DNA of 25,769 bases from a virus (IMGVR_UViG_3300024187_000023:1-25769), one strand, 5' to 3'; shown: positions 7,186 to 15,689, counted from the first letter of the stretch. Numbers and translations are program-made. Notes: a model not told the origin generated them from the sequence alone.

Positions 7186-9522
7186 ATGCCTGCCTCTACC
7201 GCCACGAAGAAATTCCTCCAACTCGCCCGAGACCGCTTCAAGCTCGGGCAAGAGGCGAAGTCGAAGCAGACCAAGCGCGAACTCGAGGACATCGCGTTCT
7301 ACAACGGCGAGCAGTGGCCGGAGGATGTGAAGAACATCCGCAAGGGGCAAGCCGCACAGAACGGGATGCCGCCCGTGCCTGCGCGGCCGATGATCACCAT
7401 CAACAAGACGCGGCCCCCGATTCAGCAGGTGCTGAACGGCGAGCGCCAGTCGGACATGGGCATCTCGATCGTGCCGGCCGACGACTTCGGCGACGTAGCC
7501 GAGCCGATCGACGAGACGGAAATCAAGCTGCGCGAAGGGCTCGTGCGCCGCATCCAGCGGGAGTCGAAAGCCGCCGACGCGCGGACGTGGGCGTTCTCGC
7601 GCGCGGTGATTGCCGGGTCCGGCTACTACGGCGTGATGACGCGCTACGTGCCTGGCAAGACCAACGATCAGGAAATCTTCGTCAACCGCTTCTATAACCA
7701 AGCGTGCGTGACGGGCGATCCCGCGCGTGAACAGCCGGACGGGTCGGATGCGGAGTGGTGGTTCGTCGCCACGGATCTGCCGCAAGACGCCTACATCGCG
7801 GAGTATCCGAAGCGCAAAAACCAGAGGAACGCGCTCTGCGACTGTTCGGATGACCAGTGGCGTGCGCTCGGCGACGAGCGGCCGGAGTGGTTCCACACGG
7901 ACGGTGAGACGCGCATGGTCCGCGTGGTGGACTACTGGTATACGGTGCGCGAGAGCCGAGAACTGGTGACGTTCACGGACGGCCAGTCCGAGCGCGTGGA
8001 GTGGTCCGACGAAGTGGACGAGTTGCCGGACCTCGAAGGCTGGCAGGAAGTCGAGGACTCGCGCCGCACCGTCGTCGAGAAGCGCATCAAGTGGGCGAAA
8101 CTGGACGGCTGCGACGATGACGTGCTCGATGACACCGACTGGCTCGGGCCGGACATGCCGATCATCGAAGTCGTCGGAGAAGAACTGCAGCCGCACGACA
8201 AGGAACGGCGCCGTGAGGGTATGGTGCGCTCGATGCGGGCGCCCGGCTACGGGTTCAACGTCATGGTGTCGCGGTGGCTGGAGCTGATCGGCCTCGCGCC
8301 GCTCGTGCCGGTGATGGTCGAAGAGGGCACCATCGAAGGCTACGAGGATTGGTGGGTCGCCGCGAACACGCGGACGCTGCCGTATCTCCCCTACAAGCGC
8401 ACGAATCTCGATAACGGGCAGGCGAATCCCCCTACGGTGCCGCCGTCGCGCAATCCGCCGATTGAAGCCGTCGCGGCCTCGGTGCAGATGTTCGACGAGT
8501 CCATCCAGAGCACGAGCGGCATTCACGCGTCGGCGCTCGGCGAAGCGGCGCCGTCCGTCCGCAGCAAGCGGCAGAATGCGCAGCTCATCGAACAGAGCCA
8601 GAAGGGCGTCAGCCACTTTCTCGATAACCTGCAGCGGTCGATTCGCTACGAGGGACAGGTGATCAACAACCTGCTCTATCCGGTTTTCGGGCGTCCGGGC
8701 CGTCTCGCGCGCATCGTGAACGCGGAAGGCGACGCCGAGACGGTGCTGCTGCACACACCGATGGTGATGCAGGGCGGGAAGGCGATGCCGGCGCCGCAGG
8801 GCCATCCGAATCCGCAGACCTACACGCTGACGAAGGACGCGAAGTTTAACGTCACCGTGAAGGTGTCGAAGAATTTCGATTCGCGGCGTGAGCAGGAAGC
8901 CACGATCATCGGGGAACTGCTCGCGGCGAATCCGGAACTCATGACGTGGTTCGGCGATCTGTTCTTCCAGAACCAAGACGGTCCCGGCCATCAGCAGATG
9001 GCGGATCGTGCGAAAGTGATGCTCGCGCCGCCGATTCAGCAGATGCTCGCGGCGAAGGCGAGCGGGCAGAACGTGCCGCCGGAAGTGCAGGCGCAACTCG
9101 CGCAGGCGCAGCAGCAGATTCAGCAGTTGCAGGCGGAATTGCAGAAGGCGGCGAAGCCCACTGCGGTGGAGGAGATTCGGCAGCAGGGGCAGAGCGAGCG
9201 GACGCATCTGGAGCTGTTGGCGGATCGGGAGAAGCTGCACATCGAGTCCGAGACGAAGATCGCGGTCGCGGAACTCGGCGCGAAGGTGGATCGGCTCGCG
9301 CTGTTCCTCGAAGAGCGGGCGCGCATCGGCGTGCAGGATCACGCGGTCGGGATGGCCGCGATGGATCAGGCGCACGCGCGAGAGATGGCCGAGCGCGGGC
9401 AGGCGCACGAATCCGCCGAAGCGGCGAGCGGGCGCGAAGCGACGGCCGAGCAGGCGGAAGCGGCACGCGCGCACGACGCGGAGATGGCCGCGCAGGCGGC
9501 GCAGCAGCAGCCGGAGGCGTGA
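7186..9522 (+). CDS. Portal protein (P22 gp1-like)
   Basis: 778 aa; FYNGEQWP, RPMITINK, DP-x-QPDGSDAEW, GMVRSMR, long Gln/Ala-rich C-terminal barrel helix; position after terL. Confidence 0.93.
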   Translation: MPASTATKKFLQLARDRFKLGQEAKSKQTKRELEDIAFYNGEQWPEDVKNIRKGQAAQNGMPPVPARPMITINKTRPPIQQVLNGERQSDMGISIVPADDFGDVAEPIDETEIKLREGLVRRIQRESKAADARTWAFSRAVIAGSGYYGVMTRYVPGKTNDQEIFVNRFYNQACVTGDPAREQPDGSDAEWWFVATDLPQDAYIAEYPKRKNQRNALCDCSDDQWRALGDERPEWFHTDGETRMVRVVDYWYTVRESRELVTFTDGQSERVEWSDEVDELPDLEGWQEVEDSRRTVVEKRIKWAKLDGCDDDVLDDTDWLGPDMPIIEVVGEELQPHDKERRREGMVRSMRAPGYGFNVMVSRWLELIGLAPLVPVMVEEGTIEGYEDWWVAANTRTLPYLPYKRTNLDNGQANPPTVPPSRNPPIEAVAASVQMFDESIQSTSGIHASALGEAAPSVRSKRQNAQLIEQSQKGVSHFLDNLQRSIRYEGQVINNLLYPVFGRPGRLARIVNAEGDAETVLLHTPMVMQGGKAMPAPQGHPNPQTYTLTKDAKFNVTVKVSKNFDSRREQEATIIGELLAANPELMTWFGDLFFQNQDGPGHQQMADRAKVMLAPPIQQMLAAKASGQNVPPEVQAQLAQAQQQIQQLQAELQKAAKPTAVEEIRQQGQSERTHLELLADREKLHIESETKIAVAELGAKVDRLALFLEERARIGVQDHAVGMAAMDQAHAREMAERGQAHESAEAASGREATAEQAEAARAHDAEMAAQAAQQQPEA

Positions 9523-9734
9523 TGTCCGAGAGGCACCAGATTACCGGCGTTGTGTTTCCAGACCACGACGGCTACGCGACGATTCGATACGGCGCGGGCT
9601 ATGCTTTTCCTGCTACGGCGGAATGGTTCCATCTGGAAAAGCCAGCGAAAGGCAAGTGGATCGTGCTCACGACGGAACGCACACCGAGCGGCGCGCTGCG
9701 CGAAGGCTGGCGAGTCGAGAAGGCGGGCGCATGA
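9522..9734 (+). CDS. Hypothetical small beta-rich protein
   Basis: GGAGG then TGATG coupling; MSERHQITGVVFPDHDG... Confidence 0.65.
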   Translation: MSERHQITGVVFPDHDGYATIRYGAGYAFPATAEWFHLEKPAKGKWIVLTTERTPSGALREGWRVEKAGA

Positions 9735-9907
9735 GCCTCGCGGGCCTCTACAGCGTGCAAGTGCTCGCCGATGCGCTGATGACGAAGCCGCGCTATCGCC
9801 GCTGGATGTTCGCGCCGCTGCTCGTCGTGCGCTATCGGCGGATCGGAATGCCGTGGTTTATCGCGCTGCGGACGGTGCGGATTGTGATGACGGGGAGGCG
9901 GCAGTGA
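9731..9907 (+). CDS. Hypothetical basic/hydrophobic microprotein
   Basis: ATGA overlap; MSLAGLYSVQVLADAL... Confidence 0.5.
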   Translation: MSLAGLYSVQVLADALMTKPRYRRWMFAPLLVVRYRRIGMPWFIALRTVRIVMTGRRQ

Positions 9908-10071
9908 TTCGCGTGAATCTGCTGAAGCGTCTAGGTATCCCATATTCGGCTGGCGAGTTGAAAGCTGCATCCGTTCAGCCGCGAGACGAGTATCACCGCC
10001 ATTTGATGGCGTGGGCGTATCGACGAATCGTTTGGCTTGAACGCAAGGTAAAGGCGGCACGTCATGCCTAA
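9904..10071 (+). CDS. Hypothetical microprotein
   Basis: GGGGAGG then GTGA overlap; MIRVNLLKRLG... Confidence 0.55.
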   Translation: MIRVNLLKRLGIPYSAGELKAASVQPRDEYHRHLMAWAYRRIVWLERKVKAARHA

Positions 10072-10228
10072 GTTCCTCGAAAAGAAGCTCCGCGCCGAAT
10101 ACGGCAACAACGACAGGGCCGTCTACGGGACACTCAACGCGATAGGCGCAATGCACGGCAACAAGGAAACAGCGAAGGGTAAGGCGATGGAGAAAAAGCA
10201 CGCGAAGGATGCGAAGCGCAAGCGATGA
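10064..10228 (+). CDS. Small Lys-rich protein (54 aa)
   Basis: Hand translation MPKFLEKKLRAEYGNNDRAVYGTLNAIGAMHGNKETAKGKAMEKKHAKDAKRKR; ATGA overlap with next gene; not in ORF track. Confidence 0.7.
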   Translation: MPKFLEKKLRAEYGNNDRAVYGTLNAIGAMHGNKETAKGKAMEKKHAKDAKRKR

Positions 10229-10476
10229 GCGCCGACATCCAGTCCCTCGTGGCCTCCTTGCAAGACGCCCTCGGCATCCGCATCGCCTGCGGGCAGATCA
10301 CGCTGAACATGAACGACGGGCGCATCGAGAGTGTCGAGACGAAGACGAAACAGCGCGTCCCGAAGGCGAAGCGCGACTCGGACGCACACGCGCACGATTT
10401 CTACTACGACATGGGGTTTCAAGTCATGCGCTGCCGGTGCGGCGCACTGCAAGAGTTGACAAAATCCGCAACCTAG
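10225..10476 (+). CDS. DUF2292/YezD-like small protein with C-terminal His/Cys motif
   Basis: GQITLNMNDGRIESVE resembles the G-x-h-x-h-x-h-x-D-G-x-h-x-x-h-E pattern of that family (recalled, not searched); HAH...CRC tail. Confidence 0.55.
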   Translation: MSADIQSLVASLQDALGIRIACGQITLNMNDGRIESVETKTKQRVPKAKRDSDAHAHDFYYDMGFQVMRCRCGALQELTKSAT

Positions 10477-10486
10477 CGGATATTTA
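10456..10486 (+). promoter_or_regulatory. Putative promoter with internal dyad
   Basis: Perfect TTGACA 10456-10461; dyad ATCCGC 10464-10469/GCGGAT 10476-10481; only a weak -10 (TATTTA 10481-10486, 19-bp spacer). Confidence 0.45.
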
Positions 10487-10497
10487 GCGCAACAACA

Positions 10498-10558
10498 GCC
10501 CGACCGCACCAAGCGAGGGCCGGTTTGCACTCACGATGAGCGCAGATCGGCCCTTTTT
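10498..10558 (+). terminator. Intrinsic terminator with overlapping alternative hairpin (attenuator-like)
   Basis: AGGGCCG-GTTTGC-CTCA paired with TGAG-GCAGAT-CGGCCCT (10516-10554) followed by T-tract; competing hairpin 10498-10520. Confidence 0.7.
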
Positions 10559-10572
10559 GCGTTTTGAGGGAT

Positions 10573-11625
10573 ATGCCGCACACCGGAATCTGGCGATTCG
10601 CGCTGCCGCTGATGGACGTCGATGGCGGCGGGTCTGTCATCGAGACGCCCGCGCCGGTCGAAGTCGTCGAGACTGGCGGTGACGACGACGGCGAGTCGCT
10701 CGACGCCCACGAAGCGGCGTTCTCGGCTGACCAGCGCCGGCAGAAGCCCGCCGCGCAGGCTGCGGAACCTGACGCGAAGCCGGAATCCGCCGAACGCGAC
10801 GAAACGGGCAAGTTCAAGCCGCGCCACCGCGCAAAGAGCCAGGAAGCCAGCGCCGAGGACGCGCCGCGCATCAAGGAACTGACTCGTCGGCTGCGTGAAA
10901 CCGAGCGAGCACTCGACGAGTCGCGCCGAACCACCACGCCGACTCAGGAGCCCGTCCGCGAACAACCGCGCACTGCTACTCCGTCCGCCGCCGCGACGTT
11001 CCCGACATGGGACGAATACTTTGCCATCAAGGGCAACGAGGGCAAGTCCTGGGAGCAGTATTCCGACGAGCGCACCGACTGGCGCTATGACCAGCGCCGC
11101 GCCGCCGAACGCGCCGAAGAGGCGCAGCAGGCCGAAACGCGCAGTCATCGCGAGGTCGTCACGAAATACCTCGACCAGCTCGAGGACGCGCGGAAAGCCT
11201 ATGCGGATTTCGATGACATCGTGGGCGAGCACGCCGAGCCGATTCCTGTGTCTGACGTCGTCGGCCGTGCCGCGCTCGAAGTCGGGCCGCGTGCGTCCTA
11301 CTACCTGGCCACGCATCCCGAGGAGCGCGAAGCCTTGAGCCGAGACACCGCCATCGCGGCGGACACGCCCGGCTTCAAGGCGGCGGTTGCCGGTGTGGCG
11401 CGCTATCTGAAGTCCCTCGTTGCCGCTGAGCAACGCCCGTCTCCCTCTTCGCGTGCGGCGGCTGCTGCGACCGGATCAGCCCCCATGCGTGGTCCAACCC
11501 TGTTGCCCAAGCCGCCGAATCCGGTGCGGACGGGCACGGTGCGCAGCGCTGAGGCGCTGCCCGGCGACGATGCTCCGCTTGAGGAGCACGAACGGGTGTT
11601 CTATCGCCCGTCCCGTCGCGCGTAA
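10573..11625 (+). CDS. Scaffolding protein
   Basis: Acidic disordered N-terminus, ERDETGKF motif, RIKELTRRLRE coiled coil, YYLATHPEE; lies before the coat gene; start codon uncertain (10564 TTG, 10573 ATG or later ATG). Confidence 0.85.
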   Translation: MPHTGIWRFALPLMDVDGGGSVIETPAPVEVVETGGDDDGESLDAHEAAFSADQRRQKPAAQAAEPDAKPESAERDETGKFKPRHRAKSQEASAEDAPRIKELTRRLRETERALDESRRTTTPTQEPVREQPRTATPSAAATFPTWDEYFAIKGNEGKSWEQYSDERTDWRYDQRRAAERAEEAQQAETRSHREVVTKYLDQLEDARKAYADFDDIVGEHAEPIPVSDVVGRAALEVGPRASYYLATHPEEREALSRDTAIAADTPGFKAAVAGVARYLKSLVAAEQRPSPSSRAAAAATGSAPMRGPTLLPKPPNPVRTGTVRSAEALPGDDAPLEEHERVFYRPSRRA

Positions 11626-11629
11626 GGAC

Positions 11630-12064
11630 ATGAAGACCGATTGGACTGATTCGGAACTAGCCTATCTCGCCGGAATTATCGACGGCGAAGGATGCTTTGT
11701 CTTGCACGACCACGGAAGCCATCGTTTCGGATGCGCCTTGGCTGTGGGCAACACCGACCCTCGACTCACGGAATGGTTACGAGCGAGATTCGGTGGTTCT
11801 GTAGGCGTTGAAAAGCGCGGTCAGCGGTGGAAAGCCTGCTATCGATGGAAGGCAAGCGCCAAAGACCTCGAATCAATCATCTTGGCTGTTTTGCCGTTTC
11901 TGGTCATCAAAAGGGATCGCGCGGAATTGATACTCGCGTATCGACGCACGCTGAATCCGTCAATTAGTGGCCCGAGAAAGGCAGACGTCACATCCCAAGC
12001 GGTCAAGACCGAGCGACGCGCGATTCATTCGCAGTTGGCGGTCTTGAACAAGAGGGGAGCGTAG
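11630..12064 (+). CDS. Free-standing single-motif LAGLIDADG homing endonuclease
   Basis: LAYLAGIIDGEGC, FGG, LPFLVIKRDRA; TAAGGA then ATG 11630; visibly more AT-rich than neighbours. Confidence 0.92.
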   Translation: MKTDWTDSELAYLAGIIDGEGCFVLHDHGSHRFGCALAVGNTDPRLTEWLRARFGGSVGVEKRGQRWKACYRWKASAKDLESIILAVLPFLVIKRDRAELILAYRRTLNPSISGPRKADVTSQAVKTERRAIHSQLAVLNKRGA

Positions 12065-12069
12065 GTTAC

Positions 12070-13293
12070 ATGGACAGTTTTATTTCGCCAACTTGGGTCA
12101 CCAAGGACACGGCGGTCAACTTCAAGAACAACCTGAAGCTGATCGGTCTGTTCGACCGCACGTGGGAAAAAGGCGCGTGGGGCAACAAACCGCAGGGCGC
12201 ACAGATCGGCGACACCGTGCAGGTGCGTATCCAGCAGCGGTGGCAGGTCAACGAGGGCCAGGCGCTCGTCCAGCAGTCGATTCTCAACCAGACCGTCCCG
12301 CTGACGATCAATCACCAGTTCCAGATTGGCATGGGGTGGTCGAGCTCGCAGGACGCACTCGAAGTCGAAGAGGTGCAGGACCGCTACACGAAGACCGCCG
12401 GACGTCGGCAGGCCAACAAGTGGGACGTGACCGCGGGCAAGGAAGTCTACAAGTCGGTCTACTTCTCGATCGGCCAGCCTGGCGTGCCGCTGTCGGACAA
12501 CAAGACGTGGACCGATGGCGTCGCGCTGCTCCACAACAACGCGGTGCCGGACGACGAACTACTGGCGGTGCTCGATCCGCTGTCTCAGTCGGCGATCATG
12601 AATCCGAACTTCGCGCTGTTCCAGCCGAAGAACGACTACTTCAAGAAGGGGCAGTTCTCCGGCGCCGCGCTCGGCGTGGATCAGTGGTATTGGGACCCGA
12701 ACATCCCGACGCACACCACCGGCACGTTCACGGCCTCGACGCCGGCCGTCAACGCGGGCAGCCAGACCGGCTCGACGCTCGCAACGGACGGCTGGGGCAC
12801 CTACGCGCTCAAGGCGGGCGACGTGTTCACGCTGGACGGCGTCTACGGCATCAATCCGGAGTCCTACGAGTCCACCGGGCAGTTGCAGCAGTTCGTCCTC
12901 ACGGGGGACGTGTCGGGGTCGAGCACGGCGACGCTGGCGTTCTCGCCGTCGATCATCCCGAGCGGGCAGCTCCAGACGGTGAACCAGTCGCCGGCCGACA
13001 ATGCGGCGATCTCGTTCCTCGGCTCGACGGGCACCGTGGGCGCGACGATGGCGGCGCAGTCCTCGCGGCAGTCGCTGATGTTCAACCCGGCCGCGTTCGC
13101 GTTCGCGATGGTGGATCTGCCGGACAAGCTGGCTGGCGCGAACGCCAAGACCGTGGGCGACCGCGCGACAAAGATTTCGATGCGCTGGGTCGAGCAGTAC
13201 AACATCCAGACGGACCAGAACCCGTCGCGTGTGGACACCTTGGGCGGCATCGCGCCGATTCTGCCCTATTTCGCCCTGCGGGCGTGGAGCTAA
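12070..13293 (+). CDS. Major capsid (coat) protein, P22 gp5-like
   Basis: QIGDTVQVR, DPNIPTHTTG, I-domain LKAGDVFTLDGV...NP...QQFV, FAMVDLP, RVDTLGG; strongly biased codons. Confidence 0.93.
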   Translation: MDSFISPTWVTKDTAVNFKNNLKLIGLFDRTWEKGAWGNKPQGAQIGDTVQVRIQQRWQVNEGQALVQQSILNQTVPLTINHQFQIGMGWSSSQDALEVEEVQDRYTKTAGRRQANKWDVTAGKEVYKSVYFSIGQPGVPLSDNKTWTDGVALLHNNAVPDDELLAVLDPLSQSAIMNPNFALFQPKNDYFKKGQFSGAALGVDQWYWDPNIPTHTTGTFTASTPAVNAGSQTGSTLATDGWGTYALKAGDVFTLDGVYGINPESYESTGQLQQFVLTGDVSGSSTATLAFSPSIIPSGQLQTVNQSPADNAAISFLGSTGTVGATMAAQSSRQSLMFNPAAFAFAMVDLPDKLAGANAKTVGDRATKISMRWVEQYNIQTDQNPSRVDTLGGIAPILPYFALRAWS

Positions 13294-13297
13294 GGTC

Positions 13298-13942
13298 ATG
13301 GCACTCACTCAGGCCACTCTCTCGTCGGCGAACGCGATCGACGATTCCAAGCTCGTCGTGTCGGCCTCAACCGGCTTCGCGATTGGCTACAAAGTCCGCA
13401 TCGACGGCGAGGTCTATCAGGTATCGAAGGGCTACGTTGCCGGTTCGACCACGGTCCCGGTTCTGCGCGGGCAGGAAGGCACCGTTGCGTCGGCGCATCC
13501 GTCCGGCGCGAAGGTGCTCGTCGGCGCAGCCTCGGACACGGAATGGGGCACGATGCCGGCCGGGGCGCCGGTCATCTACCCCGTCGCCGGCAAGGCCGTC
13601 GTGACGGCCAGCTACTCGGCATCGGGAGCCATCACGCTCCCGCAGCCGGGGTCGGACGTCATCGCGTATCTCAACGGCACGTCGGTGCTGGCGATGACGA
13701 TTGCGGACCCTGGCAAGGCGCTGGACGGATCGAAGCTGTCGATCCGGGCTAATGGCGCGGCGGCGCACACGCTGACGTTCGCGTCGGGTCTCAGCGGCGC
13801 GGGCAGCAACTACGACGTCATCACCATGAACGGCACTGGGCCGATTTCGGTCGATTTCGTCGCCGTGAATGGCCTCTGGCACGAGCTGGTGCAGACGCCG
13901 ATGGCAGGCACCGTCACGAACATCACCGGCACCGTCGCCTAA
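13298..13942 (+). CDS. Probable capsid decoration protein
   Basis: TAAGG then ATG 13298; VRIDGE...RGQEGTVASAHPSGAKV motif of virion beta-tulip-type domains; co-terminated with the coat gene. Confidence 0.7.
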   Translation: MALTQATLSSANAIDDSKLVVSASTGFAIGYKVRIDGEVYQVSKGYVAGSTTVPVLRGQEGTVASAHPSGAKVLVGAASDTEWGTMPAGAPVIYPVAGKAVVTASYSASGAITLPQPGSDVIAYLNGTSVLAMTIADPGKALDGSKLSIRANGAAAHTLTFASGLSGAGSNYDVITMNGTGPISVDFVAVNGLWHELVQTPMAGTVTNITGTVA

Positions 13943-13948
13943 TTCGAC

Positions 13949-13980
13949 GCGGGGAGGCCTTCGGTCTCCCCGCTTTTCTT
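13949..13980 (+). terminator. Rho-independent terminator
   Basis: GCGGGGAGGCC-TTCG-GTCTCCCCGC stem with cUUCGg tetraloop, then TTTTCTT. Confidence 0.92.
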
Positions 13981-13994
13981 CTCCGAGGTGCTTT

Positions 13995-14519
13995 ACGGCA
14001 GAACTCCCGAACGTCGCAGGCGTGCAGCAGGAAGTCGAGTCCAACCCGTCCACGGGCGGCATCGATCGGCACTTCAGTGTGCCCGGTGGCGTGTTCCACA
14101 ACCCCGCTGGTGCCTACGCGCGTGAAATGGCGAAGTGGGAGATGGGCTGGAGTCCGTTCGGGCCTCCGGGGCGTCCCCGTGAGCGCGTGGGGCATCCGGC
14201 GTATCCGTGTCGGATGTATAAGGTCAAGCGCGCCGATCTCGGCGGCGACGTCGTGATCGAGCACTCGGCCGATGCCGACGACGAGGCGCAGGAGCGCAAT
14301 TTCCGGTCGCGCGGCTACTACAACGGGCTGGAGGAAGCGGCGAAAGCGCTCGCGCAGCGCGAGCAGGATGCCGCGCGTCTGGCCGCCGAGCGCGCGGCCC
14401 ACGAGCGCCACATGTCCGACGCGGCCCGCGCCGAAGCGGCGGCGGCCGACGACGCGCACGACGGGCATCTCGCTGCCGTGCCGGAAACCCCGATCCAGCG
14501 CCGCGTGCGCAAGGAGTAG
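13995..14519 (+). CDS. Hypothetical head-associated protein; start appears to be ACG
   Basis: GAGGTG 13985-13990, 4 nt, in-frame ACG-GCA-GAA; the track's ATG at 13869 lies upstream of the terminator. Confidence 0.65.
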   Translation, partial: TAELPNVAGVQQEVESNPSTGGIDRHFSVPGGVFHNPAGAYAREMAKWEMGWSPFGPPGRPRERVGHPAYPCRMYKVKRADLGGDVVIEHSADADDEAQERNFRSRGYYNGLEEAAKALAQREQDAARLAAERAAHERHMSDAARAEAAAADDAHDGHLAAVPETPIQRRVRKE

Positions 14520-14521
14520 CG

Positions 14522-14608
14522 ATGTCTGCCGAACCGATAGAACCCGAGGACGTGAAGTCCCCGCCGAATCCCGAGCCGGAACCGGAGAAGGCGTCGAAAA
14601 AGAAGTAG
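14522..14608 (+). CDS. Pro/Glu/Lys-rich microprotein (28 aa)
   Basis: AAGGAG then ATG; MSAEPIEPEDVKSPPNPEPEPEKASKKK. Confidence 0.55.
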   Translation: MSAEPIEPEDVKSPPNPEPEPEKASKKK

Positions 14609-14612
14609 TCCT

Positions 14613-14669
14613 GTGTCTCCCGCATTCCGCGGGGTGTCTCGCTCGGGCAGGCCGGGCGGTGTCTAGGAG
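14613..14669 (+). promoter_or_regulatory. Triple-GTGTCT/two-hairpin element abutting an RBS
   Basis: GTGTCT at 14613, 14634, 14659; hairpins 14619-14633 and 14640-14658 fill the gaps exactly; AGGAG 14665-14669. Confidence 0.55.
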
Positions 14670-14675
14670 TTGGTC

Positions 14676-15680
14676 ATGAACATCATCAAGGGCGGCGGCG
14701 CGTTTACCGCCAAGAACATCAGCGACATCAACGGCAATTTCTCGCTGCTGCAGGCGCTTGTCATCGGCAGCGGCGGCGTGCTCATCTGGTGCAATCCCGC
14801 GGTGGGCGTGGACGCCACGGCGGACGGGTCGCAGGAGAAGCCCTACGGCACGCTCGAGTCCGCCTACGGCAAGGGCCGCAGCGGCAAGAACGACGTCATC
14901 CTGCTGGTCGGAACGGGCGCGGCGGGCGGCTCGGCGCGCGTCAACGCGGCGTTCACCTGGGCGAAGGATGCGCTGCATCTCATCGGCATCGCGTCTCCGG
15001 TGCTCTATTCGCAGCGGGCGCGCATCGCGCCGAGTTCGGGCACGACGGCCTTCACGCCGTTCTTCACGATCAGCGGCAACGGCTGCGTGTTCCAGAACAT
15101 CCAGTGGTTTGGCGGCTTCTCGACGGGCACAACGTCGCAGATTTGCATGGTGCTCACCGGGTCGCGCAACTACTTCCAGAACTGCGCGATCGACGGCATG
15201 GGCGACAACGAATCGGCGCAGTCGGCCGGGTCGCGGTCACTCAAGATCGGCCTCGCCGGGTCTGGCGAGAACGTGTTCCAGTCGTGTTCCATCGGCGTGG
15301 ACACGATTACGCGGACGCAGGCGAATGCGTCTGTCGAGTTCACCGCCGACACCGCGCGCAACGTGTTCAAGGACTGCCTGTTCCCGTTCATGACGAGCGC
15401 GGCGGGCGTGCTGGGCATTCTCGGCACGGGCGCGGCCTGCATGGACCGGCATCAACTCTTCGACAACTGCACATTCGTGAACGCCATCAAGTCCACGTCC
15501 ACGACGATGACGGTGCTCGCGAGCCTCACGTCGGCGTCGCCTGGCGGCCTGATGATTTTCAAGCAGTGCATCCTGCTCGGCATCGGGGAATACGGGGACA
15601 CGAACGGCCTCGCTAATTCCTACATCGACGGGTTCACGGGCGCGGCGGCGACGAGCGGCATCGCGGTCAACCCCTCGTAA
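14676..15680 (+). CDS. Right-handed beta-helix (pectin-lyase-fold) virion protein
   Basis: N-terminal DGSQEKPYGTLESA cap motif; repeated NxFxxCxI/F rungs; AGGAG RBS. Confidence 0.75.
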   Translation: MNIIKGGGAFTAKNISDINGNFSLLQALVIGSGGVLIWCNPAVGVDATADGSQEKPYGTLESAYGKGRSGKNDVILLVGTGAAGGSARVNAAFTWAKDALHLIGIASPVLYSQRARIAPSSGTTAFTPFFTISGNGCVFQNIQWFGGFSTGTTSQICMVLTGSRNYFQNCAIDGMGDNESAQSAGSRSLKIGLAGSGENVFQSCSIGVDTITRTQANASVEFTADTARNVFKDCLFPFMTSAAGVLGILGTGAACMDRHQLFDNCTFVNAIKSTSTTMTVLASLTSASPGGLMIFKQCILLGIGEYGDTNGLANSYIDGFTGAAATSGIAVNPS

Positions 15681-15689
15681 GGACGGCCC

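Noticed and set aside
7147-9474. Long minus-strand ORFs (also 2264-3649, 10531-11433 and others) and long off-frame plus-strand ORFs such as 12093-13604
   Set aside because: Shadow ORFs expected from high-GC codon bias over clearly identified genes
9731-9790. LAGLYSVQVLADAL as a second capsid-derived fragment
   Set aside because: Too short and weak to align with the coat protein
11626-12069. Group I intron or intein around the LAGLIDADG gene
   Set aside because: No flanking non-coding space and no splice-junction residues; both neighbours appear complete
13229-13300. Possible frameshift fusing coat to the decoration protein
   Set aside because: No slippery sequence seen, and the downstream gene has its own RBS and ATG
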